Shown here: positions 43,039 through 52,353 of the stretch, one piece after another
How positions within the stretch are numbered: position 1 is the stretch's first letter
How the letters are laid out: each line of letters opens with the position of its first letter
DNA from: an uncultured Acidimicrobiales bacterium
GTDB lineage: Bacteria; Actinomycetota; Acidimicrobiia; Acidimicrobiales; SZUA-35
Reading direction: 5' to 3'
DNA length: 64,000 nt
Assembly (NCBI GenBank): GCA_938021675.1
Contig: CALIFY010000010.1
Span: 8,749 to 72,748, forward strand
The notes under the pieces: model-generated
Database searches by the model: none
Told to the model about the DNA's origin: nothing
Seen by the model: only the letters and a program-made list of their open reading frames with translations
Program-made: the position numbers and the translations under genes

Positions 43039-44127
43039 TCACCCTCGGCCGATGGTGTCGATAGCTCGTTGACGGAGGTAGTGATCGGCCAACACCAGCA
43101 AGGCCATGGCCTCGACCACCGGCACGGCGCGGGGCAGCACACACGGATCGTGTCGACCTTTGGCCGCCAACACCGTCGGCTCGCCTGCGGTCGTCACGGT
43201 CTTTTGTTCCGAGGCGATGGTTGCGGTTGGCTTGAAGGCGACTCGACAGATGACGTCAGCCCCGTTCGAGATCCCACCCTGTACGCCACCCGAATGGTTC
43301 GTGGTGGTAATCGGCCCGTCGGAGCCGGGCTCGAACGGGTCGTTGTGGGTGGTGCCGGTCATCCGGGTGCCGGCGAAGCCACTACCGATCTCGAAGCCTT
43401 TCGCTGCCGGAAGCGACAGCATGGCTTTGGCCAAGTCGGCGTCGAGTTTGTCGAACACCGGCTCGCCGAGCCCCGGTGGCACATTTCGAGCGATGACCGT
43501 GACCACGCCACCGAGCGAATCGCCATCTCGTCGCGCCTGTTCGATGGCTCCGGTCATCCGTTTGGCCGCTTCCGGGTTCGGACATCGGGTTGGGTCGGCC
43601 TCGACGGCGGCGAAGGTGGCGGTGCCCGGGTCGACTTCGGCGTCGATGTCGTTGACCTGGTCGACCCAGGCCAATACCTCGATGTCTGCCACCGTGGCCA
43701 GCAGTTTGCGGGCCACGGCACCGGCGGCCACCCGTCCGATCGTTTCTCGGGCCGATGCCCGCCCGCCGCCGCGGTGGTCACGGTGCCCGTATTTTGCTTC
43801 GTAGGTGTAGTCGGCATGGCTCGGGCGGTAGACGTCGCGTAAGTGATCGTACGCACCGGGCCGGTGGTCGGCGTTTCGTACCATCATGGCGATCGGGGTT
43901 CCGGTACTCAGCCCGTCGTAGAGGCCCGACAGAATCTCCACCGCGTCGTTCTCGTCGCGCTGGGTGACGAGTCGGCTCTGGCCCGGCCGGCGTCGATCGA
44001 GATCTCGTTGAACCTCTTCGACCTCCAGTTCGACACCAGGAGGGCAGCCGTCGACGACAACTCCGACAGCGGCGCCATGCGACTCGCCGAACGTGGTGAG
44101 GCGGAAAAGGTGACCGAAGCTGCTCAC
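43039..44127 (-). CDS. aroC: Chorismate synthase
   Basis: [18 protein letters not shown]-like RPSHADYTY and [21 protein letters not shown] 44127 gives a normal ~362-aa protein; the track ORF extends to 44322. Confidence 0.9.
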   Translation of the reverse strand: MSSFGHLFRLTTFGESHGAAVGVVVDGCPPGVELEVEEVQRDLDRRRPGQSRLVTQRDENDAVEILSGLYDGLSTGTPIAMMVRNADHRPGAYDHLRDVYRPSHADYTYEAKYGHRDHRGGGRASARETIGRVAAGAVARKLLATVADIEVLAWVDQVNDIDAEVDPGTATFAAVEADPTRCPNPEAAKRMTGAIEQARRDGDSLGGVVTVIARNVPPGLGEPVFDKLDADLAKAMLSLPAAKGFEIGSGFAGTRMTGTTHNDPFEPGSDGPITTTNHSGGVQGGISNGADVICRVAFKPTATIASEQKTVTTAGEPTVLAAKGRHDPCVLPRAVPVVEAMALLVLADHYLRQRAIDTIGRG

Positions 44128-44211
44128 GAGATCAGCGTAGAGGCCCCGAGGCGTTGCCGGCAGGCCGATACGCCGAGCCGGCCATCGGGTCGGTAGGATA
44201 AGACGGTTGCC

Positions 44212-44547
44212 ATGGCTAGCTTCTCGCCCCCTCCAACGTCGTCCAGCCCTGGTGTCAGCGCTGAACTGCGAGTCTGGATCGATCAAGATCTCTGCACCGG
44301 AGACGGCATTTGCACCGATCATGCCCCCGAGGTGTTCACCATCTTGGAGGACGGGATCGCGTACTGCGTTGAGGGTGACAAAACGTTCAATAACCCCGGT
44401 GGTTCAGCCGAACTGGCCGTGGTGCCCGTGGAGCGGGAGCAGGCGGTGGTTGACGCTGCGGCAGAATGCCCTGGGGAATGCATCTTCATAGAGTTCGCCG
44501 AGCTACCGGAACTTGAAGGTCGTGCCGCGTCGTCGGCGCCATCTTGA
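44212..44547 (+). CDS. Single-cluster ferredoxin
   Basis: [19 protein letters not shown] ... [10 protein letters not shown] (CxxxxxC...CP pattern). Confidence 0.8.
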   Translation: MASFSPPPTSSSPGVSAELRVWIDQDLCTGDGICTDHAPEVFTILEDGIAYCVEGDKTFNNPGGSAELAVVPVEREQAVVDAAAECPGECIFIEFAELPELEGRAASSAPS

Positions 44548-44655
44548 ACGCCGCATCCCTTCCAGGACCTCGCCCGCTAGCCGGATGTCGCTCGGCCTGA
44601 ATCTGAGAATCACCCAGAACTGTCCTCGGAAAGGCCCGTACAGTATCGTCTGGCC

Positions 44656-46032
44656 ATGACGTCAGATGGACAAACGAAGATCCTGCTCGATGAGTCGGAG
44701 ATTCCGACTCGGTGGTACAACATCGTGCCAGATTTGCCGGAGCCACCTCCGCCGCCGCTCCATCCCGGCACCGGACAACCGGTCGGCCCAGACGATTTGG
44801 CCCCTCTGTTCCCTATGGCGCTGATCATGCAGGAGGTATCTACCGAGCCCTACATTGAGATTCCCGCCGAGGTGCTCGACGTCTACAAGCTTTGGCGCCC
44901 GACCCCGCTGTACCGCGCCCACCGGTTGGAACGAGCTCTCGATACGCCGGCCCGTATCTACTACAAGTACGAGGGCGTGAGCCCCGCTGGCTCTCACAAG
45001 CCGAATACCGCGGTCCCCCAGGCGTTCTACAACGCCCAAGAGGGGGTACAGAAGTTGACTACCGAAACCGGGGCCGGCCAGTGGGGGACGGCACTGGCCT
45101 TCGCCTGCGCGTTGTACGACATCGAGTGTGAGGTCTGGCAGGTGCGGGCCAGCTATGACCAGAAGCCATACCGGAAGGCGATGATCGAGACCTTCGGCGG
45201 CACCATCCACCCCAGCCCGTCGGTGCTGACCGAGGCCGGGCGCAACGTGCTGGCCGCCGATTCCGATACCCCGGGAAGTCTCGGAATCGCCATCTCCGAA
45301 GCGGTCGAAGTGGCGGCTCAGGACCCGAAAATTCGGTATGCGCTGGGCAGCGTACTCAATCACGTCCTCATGCATCAGACCGTTATCGGCGAGGAAGCGC
45401 TGAAACAGTTGGACAAGGTAGGCGACACACCCGACGTCATCATCGGATGCACCGGTGGTGGTTCGAACTTCGCCGGTTTGTCCTTCCCGTTCCTCCGCGA
45501 GAAGCTGGCCGGCAAGATCTCGCCGACCATTCGGGCCGTCGAGCCCGAGGCGTGCCCGACGCTCACGAAAGGGAAGTACGCCTACGATTTTGGTGACACT
45601 GCGGGGATGACGCCGTTGATGAAGATGCACACCCTCGGCCGCGATTTCGTGCCGGACCCAATTCACGCCGGGGGTCTCCGATACCACGGGATGTCGCCGC
45701 TGCTGTCGCACATCTACGAGCTGGGGCTCATCGAAGCCGAGGCCCTCGGTCAGACGGAGTGCTTCGAGGCCGGCGTTCAGTTCGCCCGAACCGAAGGCAT
45801 CGTGCCCGCGCCCGAGCCGACTCACGCGTTGGCCGCAACCGTCCGGGAGGCGATGAAAGCGAAGGAGACCGGGGAGGAGACAGTGATTCTTACCGCTCTT
45901 TGTGGGCACGGATTCCTCGACATGGCGGCATATGACCGATATTTCGCTGGCGAGATGATCGACTTTGACTATCCACAGGCCAAGATCGAGGATGCCTTGA
46001 GTCGATTGCCGGAGGTGCCGGCGACCGGCTGA
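44656..46032 (+). CDS. trpB: TrpB-like PLP-dependent enzyme (tryptophan synthase beta type 2)
   Basis: 458 aa with [21 protein letters not shown] (PLP Lys) and [11 protein letters not shown]. It has the length and N-terminal extension typical of TrpB2. No trpA in the window. Confidence 0.85.
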   Translation: MTSDGQTKILLDESEIPTRWYNIVPDLPEPPPPPLHPGTGQPVGPDDLAPLFPMALIMQEVSTEPYIEIPAEVLDVYKLWRPTPLYRAHRLERALDTPARIYYKYEGVSPAGSHKPNTAVPQAFYNAQEGVQKLTTETGAGQWGTALAFACALYDIECEVWQVRASYDQKPYRKAMIETFGGTIHPSPSVLTEAGRNVLAADSDTPGSLGIAISEAVEVAAQDPKIRYALGSVLNHVLMHQTVIGEEALKQLDKVGDTPDVIIGCTGGGSNFAGLSFPFLREKLAGKISPTIRAVEPEACPTLTKGKYAYDFGDTAGMTPLMKMHTLGRDFVPDPIHAGGLRYHGMSPLLSHIYELGLIEAEALGQTECFEAGVQFARTEGIVPAPEPTHALAATVREAMKAKETGEETVILTALCGHGFLDMAAYDRYFAGEMIDFDYPQAKIEDALSRLPEVPATG

Positions 46033-46061
46033 TGGCGTCGGTCCGGGTAGTCTGATCAGAG

Positions 46062-47345
46062 ATGACGGATCAGTACATCGACGACGACTACGACGACGAC
46101 TACAACGATCAGCATGTCGACCCGGATTTCGACGAAGGCGATGAAACCGAGTACGACCAGAACTACGCCTATCAAACCGAAGGCGCGGGGTCGGCGATCG
46201 GTCTTGGGCGTGACGGTACGGCGGAGATCGAGGGTCGAACCAGCTGGCTCTATCTAGCGCTGCTTGCCGGGTTGTTCGTTCTGCTGGTCTTTTTCTCGTG
46301 GGCTTGCAACGATCGCTCCGACGATGTTTTTGACGCTGCCGAAACAGCCACAGAAGAGGCGACGGCCACCGATGTGGTCAGTATCGTCGTCAACGTTGAT
46401 GGCGACATCGCCACACTCCGAGGCGCTGTGCCTGATGAGGCGGCCCGGGAACAGCTAGTGGCCCTCGCCCAGGGTCAGTACGGGCCGGAGAATGTGATCG
46501 ACGAGCTTCAGGTCCAGGAAGGGTCGACGCTCGACGGGGGCTCGGTATCGATGACCGGTTCTTCCGAATCTGGCGATGAGCGGCCCGAAGCACTGCAACA
46601 GGCAATCTCGTCCGATCTGGGCCTTGAGGCGGTCGAGACCACCGTCGAACGCGAAGACGGAACAGCAGCCGCCCCGGTTGAGGTGTCTATCGAGGTCGAT
46701 GGGGGCTCGATCAAGTTGAACGGCGCGGTGCCAGACCAGGAATCGATAGACGACCTGGCGGCGGCCGCCGAGGCGGTTTGGGGGGCCGACAGCGTCGACA
46801 GCAGCGGATTGACGATCGCCGAATCGACGTGGACCGATGGTGTGGTGCGGGCCACGGGAACAGCGGGCATCGGCGATTCCCGAGCCGACGACCTTGAGGC
46901 TGAGATCCAGAGCCGTTTCGGTGCGCTGGTGACCGTAGACGTCAGCGGTCTTGAGAGCAACGATGATCCTGCCGCTCTGACCGCGGTCGAAGACGAGATC
47001 AACGAACAGTTGGCCCTCACCCCGATCTTGTTTGCTCCGCAAAGCGCCGAAATCGAATCCGCCAGTGACGATGTCCTCACCGATATTGCCGAGACCCTAA
47101 ATCAGATCCCGACCACGTCGGTCGAGGTGGTCGGGCACACCGATAGCCTCGGTCCTGACGACGAGAACTTGACGCTTTCTCAACAGCGAGCTGATGCGGT
47201 TATCGCTCGGCTCGCCGAGCTTGGAGTCTCGACCGACCGTCTCAACGCTCGAGGTGAGGGTGAAGGGTCGCCGATCGCCGACAATGGCACCGACGAAGGT
47301 CGCGAACAGAACCGTCGCATCGAGTTTCGGATAGTCGCCGGTTGA
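46062..47345 (+). CDS. OmpA-family peptidoglycan-binding protein with acidic N-terminus, TM helix and BON-like repeats (paralog of 7924..9126)
   Basis: TM helix WLYLALLAGLFVLLVFFSW. Repeats ATLRGAVPDEAAREQLVALA and IKLNGAVPDQESIDDLAAAA. OmpA_C domain ILFAPQSAEI...VVGHTDSLGPDDENLTLSQQRADAV...NRRIEFRIV. Confidence 0.8.
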   Translation: MTDQYIDDDYDDDYNDQHVDPDFDEGDETEYDQNYAYQTEGAGSAIGLGRDGTAEIEGRTSWLYLALLAGLFVLLVFFSWACNDRSDDVFDAAETATEEATATDVVSIVVNVDGDIATLRGAVPDEAAREQLVALAQGQYGPENVIDELQVQEGSTLDGGSVSMTGSSESGDERPEALQQAISSDLGLEAVETTVEREDGTAAAPVEVSIEVDGGSIKLNGAVPDQESIDDLAAAAEAVWGADSVDSSGLTIAESTWTDGVVRATGTAGIGDSRADDLEAEIQSRFGALVTVDVSGLESNDDPAALTAVEDEINEQLALTPILFAPQSAEIESASDDVLTDIAETLNQIPTTSVEVVGHTDSLGPDDENLTLSQQRADAVIARLAELGVSTDRLNARGEGEGSPIADNGTDEGREQNRRIEFRIVAG

Positions 47346-47369
47346 TGCCCCGGTTCCCCTGCTGATTCT

Positions 47370-48362
47370 GTGGAAAAGCCACCCGAAACCGACGCTATGA
47401 CAGACCGACCCGAAGACGCCAGTCACTGGCCGCCCACCACCGACCCGGCGTCTGCCGGGAGCGGGCCTTCACCGCCCGACAATGATGAGCCGGTAGTCGA
47501 CGAACGTCTCCTCCGTCACCTGGTGTCGAGCCAATTCCCGGAATACCGAGACCTGCCGTTACACGCCGTCGAGCCCTGGGGATCGGACAACTCGCTCTGG
47601 AGGCTTGGCGCCGATCTGTTGGTCCGACTGACCGGTGCGCCCACAGCGACCGGAGAGGTGAACTACGGCACCGATTGGCTCTCTCAGCTTGCGCCGCACC
47701 TACCGATAGCGGTGCCAGAACCGATAGCCACTGGCGTGCCCGATGATCGGTATCCGTATCCGTGGGTCATCGATCGGTGGCTGCCCGGAGTTCGGGCCTC
47801 GCCCGAGGGTCTCGTCGACCCCATCCGTTTCGCCACCGACCTGGCGGGCACGGTGAGCCAGTTGCAGTCGATTCCGACAACCGGCGCTCCACCGGCCAGA
47901 AATCGGGCTCGGCCGCTGGCCGACTACGACGATTCGGCGAGGAGAGCTATCGATTCGGTGAAGGAACTTATCGATCGGGGCGCTGCCATCGAGTTGTGGG
48001 AGGCCGCGCTTGCCGCCCCGCCGTACCCCGGGCCACCGGTGTGGGTTCACGGCGATCTTGAGGGCGGCTGTGTCCTGGTCGACGGTCGCCTCAGCGGCCT
48101 CGCCGATTGGGGCTCGGGTTGTGCCGGCGATCCGGCGGTCGATGTTCAGGTGGCGTGGTCGGCGCTGTGTACCGATGAGTCTCGTCGAGTCTTTCTCGAC
48201 ACGTTGGCCGTCGATGACGCCACCCGGCTTCGCAGTCAGGGCGTTGCGCTCTACGAAGCGTGCAGCACGCTCCCGTACTACCTGGACGCCTTCCCCTTGA
48301 TCGTTGGTCGGTGCTGGCGGAAGCTCACCGCACTCGGTATTCGGGCCCGCGCTCGATCCTGA
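47370..48362 (+). CDS. Aminoglycoside/choline-kinase-type phosphotransferase family protein
   Basis: VWVHGDLEGGCVLVDGRLSGLADWGSGCAGDPAVDV (catalytic loop plus DxG/D motif). The start is ambiguous (GTG 47370 or ATG 47397). Confidence 0.75.
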   Translation: MEKPPETDAMTDRPEDASHWPPTTDPASAGSGPSPPDNDEPVVDERLLRHLVSSQFPEYRDLPLHAVEPWGSDNSLWRLGADLLVRLTGAPTATGEVNYGTDWLSQLAPHLPIAVPEPIATGVPDDRYPYPWVIDRWLPGVRASPEGLVDPIRFATDLAGTVSQLQSIPTTGAPPARNRARPLADYDDSARRAIDSVKELIDRGAAIELWEAALAAPPYPGPPVWVHGDLEGGCVLVDGRLSGLADWGSGCAGDPAVDVQVAWSALCTDESRRVFLDTLAVDDATRLRSQGVALYEACSTLPYYLDAFPLIVGRCWRKLTALGIRARARS

Positions 48363-48411
48363 GCTGCGATGGTCGCGTTGCTCGAAGTTCGTGTACGAGC
48401 CACTATGGCAT

Positions 48412-48843
48412 ATGGAACGTGTGGCAATGACCGAAGAAGAGCGCCAGGATTTTCTGGCTGAAGCGCGTGTTGCCGTGATGGCGATCGAGCAACCCGACGG
48501 TCCGCCTCTGGCGGTGCCGATTTGGTATCTGTACCAGCCCGGTAGCGATATTCGGATCGTGATCGGGCCCCACTCGACGAAAGCAACGCTTCTCGCTCAG
48601 GCCGGGCGGTTCAGCCTTTGCGTCCAAACCGAGACCGTCCCTTATCGGTACGTGTCGGTCTCCGGTCCGGTGGTGGAGACCCGTCAGTGCGATATCGAAT
48701 CCGATGCTCGGGTGCTCGCTCATCGCTACCTTGGGTCCCAGGGAGGGGACCGTTTCATCGAGGCGGGTGATGAGTCATCCTCGATCTGCGTCACCATGCG
48801 GCCCGAAAAGTGGTATTCGGCCGACTACGGAAAGGTGCAGTGA
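48412..48843 (+). CDS. Pyridoxamine 5'-phosphate oxidase-family (split-barrel flavin/F420) protein
   Basis: ...FLAEARVAVMAIEQPDGPPLAVPIWYLY...SLCVQTE...YVSVSGP, the typical PPOX-like pattern. ATG 48412 or 48427; the track start 48304 overlaps the preceding gene. Confidence 0.7.
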   Translation: MERVAMTEEERQDFLAEARVAVMAIEQPDGPPLAVPIWYLYQPGSDIRIVIGPHSTKATLLAQAGRFSLCVQTETVPYRYVSVSGPVVETRQCDIESDARVLAHRYLGSQGGDRFIEAGDESSSICVTMRPEKWYSADYGKVQ

Positions 48844-48932
48844 CCGCCAGGTAGGAAGTGTTGGGGTGCAGGAGCCCCCCTTTTTCGGGTGTCTTGTAAA
48901 GATGGGAGACGACAAGCAGGCTGGGCAGTCAT

Positions 48933-50033
48933 ATGGATATGAACGATGTGCGTAGCTCGATATCGACCGTTTTCGGCGTCGGTCTGGTAGCCGTGGCTCT
49001 CGCTCTGGTTCTAGCCTCGTGCGGAGGGCCCGACGAGACGCCTGAGGATGCAAGGGCAAAGGATTCGGCAAACGAGTTCGGTGAAACCGCTTCCACCGGT
49101 GAAACCGTCGGTGCCGGGGAGGCCGACGGCGCCGGTACTGACACTGCAGGTGCTACCGCCTCGACAGCTGGCGACGGCTCGGCGCGGGGCTCCACAACAG
49201 CGACCACCGTGCCGACAACGACCACTGAGTCCGTGCCCACAACGACCACTGAGTCTGTGCCGACAACAGCGACCACCGTGTCGACAACTACCACTGAGTC
49301 TGCGCCCACAACGACCACTACCGCACAACCGGACACCACCGAATCGACAGACCAACCCGGAACAAGTGCCCCGACCGCTTCCTGCACCGGTGACCTACCT
49401 CCGGATCCCGTGGAGGACGACGGTTACCGCCGCATGGAACTGTGCGGCTGGCAGGTCTTCATGCACAACGACCTCTTTAACGACCCGCTCGCTGCCGAGG
49501 TCTACCGGGAGTTACGCGAAGACATGCGAACGGTCTTGGATGCCGTTCCAGCCCCGGCCGTCGACTTCCTCCAGGGGACCAACATCTGGATGGAACTGGA
49601 CGAGCCGTCCTTTCCCGGCGGCGTATACCATCCGTCGGCCCAATGGTTGAGTAACAACGGCTACCCGACCAAGTGGGCCGATGGCATTCAGTTCGGAAAC
49701 GCTCGCAACTTTCTCACCTGGCCCAGGCAGCAGCCGGCGATATTGCTCCATGAGTTCACCCATGCCCTCCACGATCAGCGCTATGGATACGAGGACCCGA
49801 ACATTGTCAACACCTTCAACGGCGCGATGGACGCCGGTCTGTACGACTCGGCCGAGTATGTGACCGGTGGGTCCCGGCCGGCTTACGCCACTTCCAATCA
49901 ACGGGAATACCTGGCCGAGATCTCCGAGGCCTACTTTTGGACCAACGACTTCTTCCCCTTCGATCGTGAGGACCTCGCCGGCCATGACCCCGAGGGGCTG
50001 GCGCTGGTCGAATCGATCTGGGGAATCAACTAG
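48933..50033 (+). CDS. Secreted lipoprotein with a Thr-rich repeat linker and an HExxH zinc-metallopeptidase-like domain
   Basis: Lipobox LALVLASCGG. Linker TTVPTTTTESVPTTTTESVPTTATTVSTTTTESAPTTTTT (27-bp DNA repeats). ILLHEFTHALHDQ plus a downstream EYLAEISEAYF. Confidence 0.65.
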   Translation: MDMNDVRSSISTVFGVGLVAVALALVLASCGGPDETPEDARAKDSANEFGETASTGETVGAGEADGAGTDTAGATASTAGDGSARGSTTATTVPTTTTESVPTTTTESVPTTATTVSTTTTESAPTTTTTAQPDTTESTDQPGTSAPTASCTGDLPPDPVEDDGYRRMELCGWQVFMHNDLFNDPLAAEVYRELREDMRTVLDAVPAPAVDFLQGTNIWMELDEPSFPGGVYHPSAQWLSNNGYPTKWADGIQFGNARNFLTWPRQQPAILLHEFTHALHDQRYGYEDPNIVNTFNGAMDAGLYDSAEYVTGGSRPAYATSNQREYLAEISEAYFWTNDFFPFDREDLAGHDPEGLALVESIWGIN

Positions 50034-50082
50034 CCTTGCGCCGCACCCGGTCTCGGTGGTGTGATGATTCTGGTTTTCGCCG

Positions 50083-50117
50083 GTGCGCCGCCCGAGGGAG
50101 AGGTCCGGGCGGCGCAC
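50083..50117. terminator. Hairpin (12-bp perfect GC stem, 11-nt loop) between convergent genes
   Basis: GTGCGCCGCCCG agggagaggtc CGGGCGGCGCAC, between the stops at 50033 (+) and 50146 (-). Confidence 0.7.
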
Positions 50118-50145
50118 TGGCGGGATCGAACGGCCGGACGCTACA

Positions 50146-51192
50146 TCAGCTGTCCGTCGTCATCGAGCCGGAGCCCGATAGGTCGACCGGCCCGGCTTCG
50201 AAGTCGACGTTCTCGTGGTCGCTGATGCCGTTCGGTACCTCGCTTACCAGCGGCTTGAGGGCGAACGGTTCCGGGCTGTTATCAGCGTCTGGTTCGACGC
50301 TGATCACGATGGTCGACGTGGTCAGGTCGGTGGGAAATGTCAGGCCATCGGGCGCATCGATGATGAAGTCTTCGCCGGGGTATGCGGGCCCGTCGTTTGG
50401 GCCGGAGAACCCGTCGAAGTCATCGGCACCCTCGGCGGTCAGGAATCGACCGGTCGAGACCGGCTGACCGTCGATGACGGCCCAACCCTCGTAGATCCAT
50501 CCGGCCGCCAACTCCGGCAGTTCGAGACTGGCCTCCGGGCCGGGGACGCTCAGGAACCACACGCCAGATAGCTCATCGGCGTCTGGATCGTTTGTCGGCG
50601 TTCCCAGGATGTAGCTGCCGGAAATGTCAGCGAAGTCGGTACCGATCGCCGCCGGATGACCGATCGTGAGTTCGAAGCTGCCGTCTTCTTCGACATCACC
50701 GGCTAGTACGTGGGTGTCGGCCGGTGCGGGGTCGTCACCGACCGCTGGTTCGATAGTGATAACTACCGCTTGGGCGCCGTCGTGGCCGTAGAGGGCGTCT
50801 TGGTCGCTCGAAATCTCGATCGACCCGTCGTCGGTCACGTCGAAGATTCCGCCGGAGACGGGAGCGTCATCAACGATGGTCCAGGCTTCGTATTCGAAGT
50901 CGTCGCCGAGTGGTTCGAGTCCGGTGAAGGCCAGCTCCAGCACGGGACGGCTCCCGTCTTCCATGGCATCGTCGTCGGCCATGGCGTCTTCGTCTTCCAT
51001 GGCATCGTCGTCGGCCATGGCGTCTTCGTCTTCCATGGCATCGTCGTCGGCCGTGGCGTCTTCGGCTTCGGCCGTTGTCGCCTCGGTCTCATCGCTGGTG
51101 GCGGCCGTGTCCTCGTCACCGCTCCCGCAGGCGGAAGCGAAGAGGCTGATGGCGAGCAGCAGCGCAGCCGCTCGCTTTTTCTTGGGAGTCAT
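50146..51192 (-). CDS. Acidic lipoprotein with two tandem RskA-C-terminal-like (anti-sigma-K extracytoplasmic) domains
   Basis: Lipobox LFASACGS. Repeat DAMEDEDAMADD x3. Two modules with the Y-E-x-W...P-V-S-x-G-x-F and V-x-I-[TS]-[IV]-E-P patterns (FEYEAWTIVDDAPVSGGIF...VVITIEPAVGDDP; WIYEGWAVIDGQPVSTGRF...IVISVEPDADNSP). Confidence 0.6.
   Translation of the reverse strand: MTPKKKRAAALLLAISLFASACGSGDEDTAATSDETEATTAEAEDATADDDAMEDEDAMADDDAMEDEDAMADDDAMEDGSRPVLELAFTGLEPLGDDFEYEAWTIVDDAPVSGGIFDVTDDGSIEISSDQDALYGHDGAQAVVITIEPAVGDDPAPADTHVLAGDVEEDGSFELTIGHPAAIGTDFADISGSYILGTPTNDPDADELSGVWFLSVPGPEASLELPELAAGWIYEGWAVIDGQPVSTGRFLTAEGADDFDGFSGPNDGPAYPGEDFIIDAPDGLTFPTDLTTSTIVISVEPDADNSPEPFALKPLVSEVPNGISDHENVDFEAGPVDLSGSGSMTTDS
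50961..51068. repeat. Three in-frame 36-bp tandem units inside the lipoprotein gene
   Basis: CCATGGCATCGTCGTCGGCCATGGCGTCTTCGTCTT occurs twice exactly, plus one diverged copy. It encodes the (DAMEDEDAMADD)n tract on the minus strand. Confidence 0.9.
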
Positions 51193-51353
51193 CGGGTTCT
51201 CTTTCGTTGGCTTTGGATCGTTCTACACAACCAACCGGACCAGGACAGCGAGACCATCCGATAGAGACCATGGTTTCGCGCTTGTTCAGATCGTTGATTG
51301 CCAGATTGACCGGACAGTTGAGACACTCGGCAAATATCTGTAACATCGGCCTC

Positions 51354-51659
51354 ATGATCGTTATCGCCGGTTCTGTTCGTGTAAAAGAAGGTGCCCTCGA
51401 TCGGATGATCTCCGATGCATCCGCCATGGCGGTAGCCAGCCGGGCTGAAGACGGATGTGTTGACTACCGATTTTCGGTCGACCTTGAAGACCCGAACGTG
51501 GTCCGGCTCTTCGAATGTTGGCGAGATCAAAAGGTACTCGAAGAACACTTCTCGACCCCGCACTTCGCCCATTTCAGCACCGCGATCGAAGGGGCGATCG
51601 AGGACCGCGCCGATCTGGTCCGCTACGAGGTGTCGTCGTCCGGCCCCCTGTTTGGATGA
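51354..51659 (+). CDS. Antibiotic-biosynthesis-monooxygenase (ABM) domain protein
   Basis: 101 aa: MIVIAGSVRVKEG...GCVDYRFSVDLEDPNVVRLFECWRDQKVLEEHFSTPHFAHF, a ferredoxin-like ABM pattern. The track start 51207 is implausibly far upstream. Confidence 0.75.
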   Translation: MIVIAGSVRVKEGALDRMISDASAMAVASRAEDGCVDYRFSVDLEDPNVVRLFECWRDQKVLEEHFSTPHFAHFSTAIEGAIEDRADLVRYEVSSSGPLFG

Positions 51660-51744
51660 CTGCGTACCCCTTCGGTGCCACCGGCCGGCCAAGTGCATCC
51701 GGCACGGTGACGACGATGGATAGCGCGCTCACACGGAGCGTTTC

Positions 51745-52353
51745 GTGAGCCGACCCCTCGACCAGCGGCCCGAAGTCAACGACCAGCTCATCGATGCCGC
51801 CTTGGAGACGTTCATCGCCCTTGGCTACTCCAAGACCACGATGAGCGACATCGCTCGAACCGCTGACATCTCGCGACCAACGCTGTACCGTCGCTTCGAG
51901 GACAAGTCGGCGGTGTTCTTGGCTGTTGCTCAAGCCCTCCATCTCGAAGCTCACGAGCGATACGTGGCGGCCGCCGCTACCTCTGGGCCACTCTTCTCTC
52001 GGCTGGCGGCAGTCTCCATCGCCAAGGTCGAGACGGTGCTCCACATCGCTGATGCGTCGGTCCATGGCCCGGAGCTTCTCGATGTGAATCAGCGGATCGC
52101 AGGAGCGTCGGCGATCGACGCCCGCTCCCGCCTGTTGGAACTTCTGTGCGCCATGTATGAAGAGGCCGATGGAAGCGAAATCGACCTTGCCAACGCTGGT
52201 TTCAATCCGGCGCTCGCCAGCCGGACCGTGCTGGCCATCGTCGATGGCTGGATCATTGCCGCGACCACGAGCGGTGGGCCATCAACTCGGCGGTGGCGAT
52301 CGGAACTCACGGCGGCGATCAAGACCCTCACGATTGGAATGACCCCACCATGA
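51745..52353 (+). CDS. TetR-family transcriptional regulator
   Basis: LIDAALETFIALGYSKTTMSDIARTADISRPTLYRRFEDKSAVFLAV. Its stop overlaps the next start (ATGA at 52350-52353). Confidence 0.85.
   Translation: MSRPLDQRPEVNDQLIDAALETFIALGYSKTTMSDIARTADISRPTLYRRFEDKSAVFLAVAQALHLEAHERYVAAAATSGPLFSRLAAVSIAKVETVLHIADASVHGPELLDVNQRIAGASAIDARSRLLELLCAMYEEADGSEIDLANAGFNPALASRTVLAIVDGWIIAATTSGGPSTRRWRSELTAAIKTLTIGMTPP

Noticed and set aside
44662-45909. 415-aa minus-strand ORF.
   Set aside because: It is antisense to the clearly recognisable trpB2 gene, has no motifs, and has shadow-frame composition.
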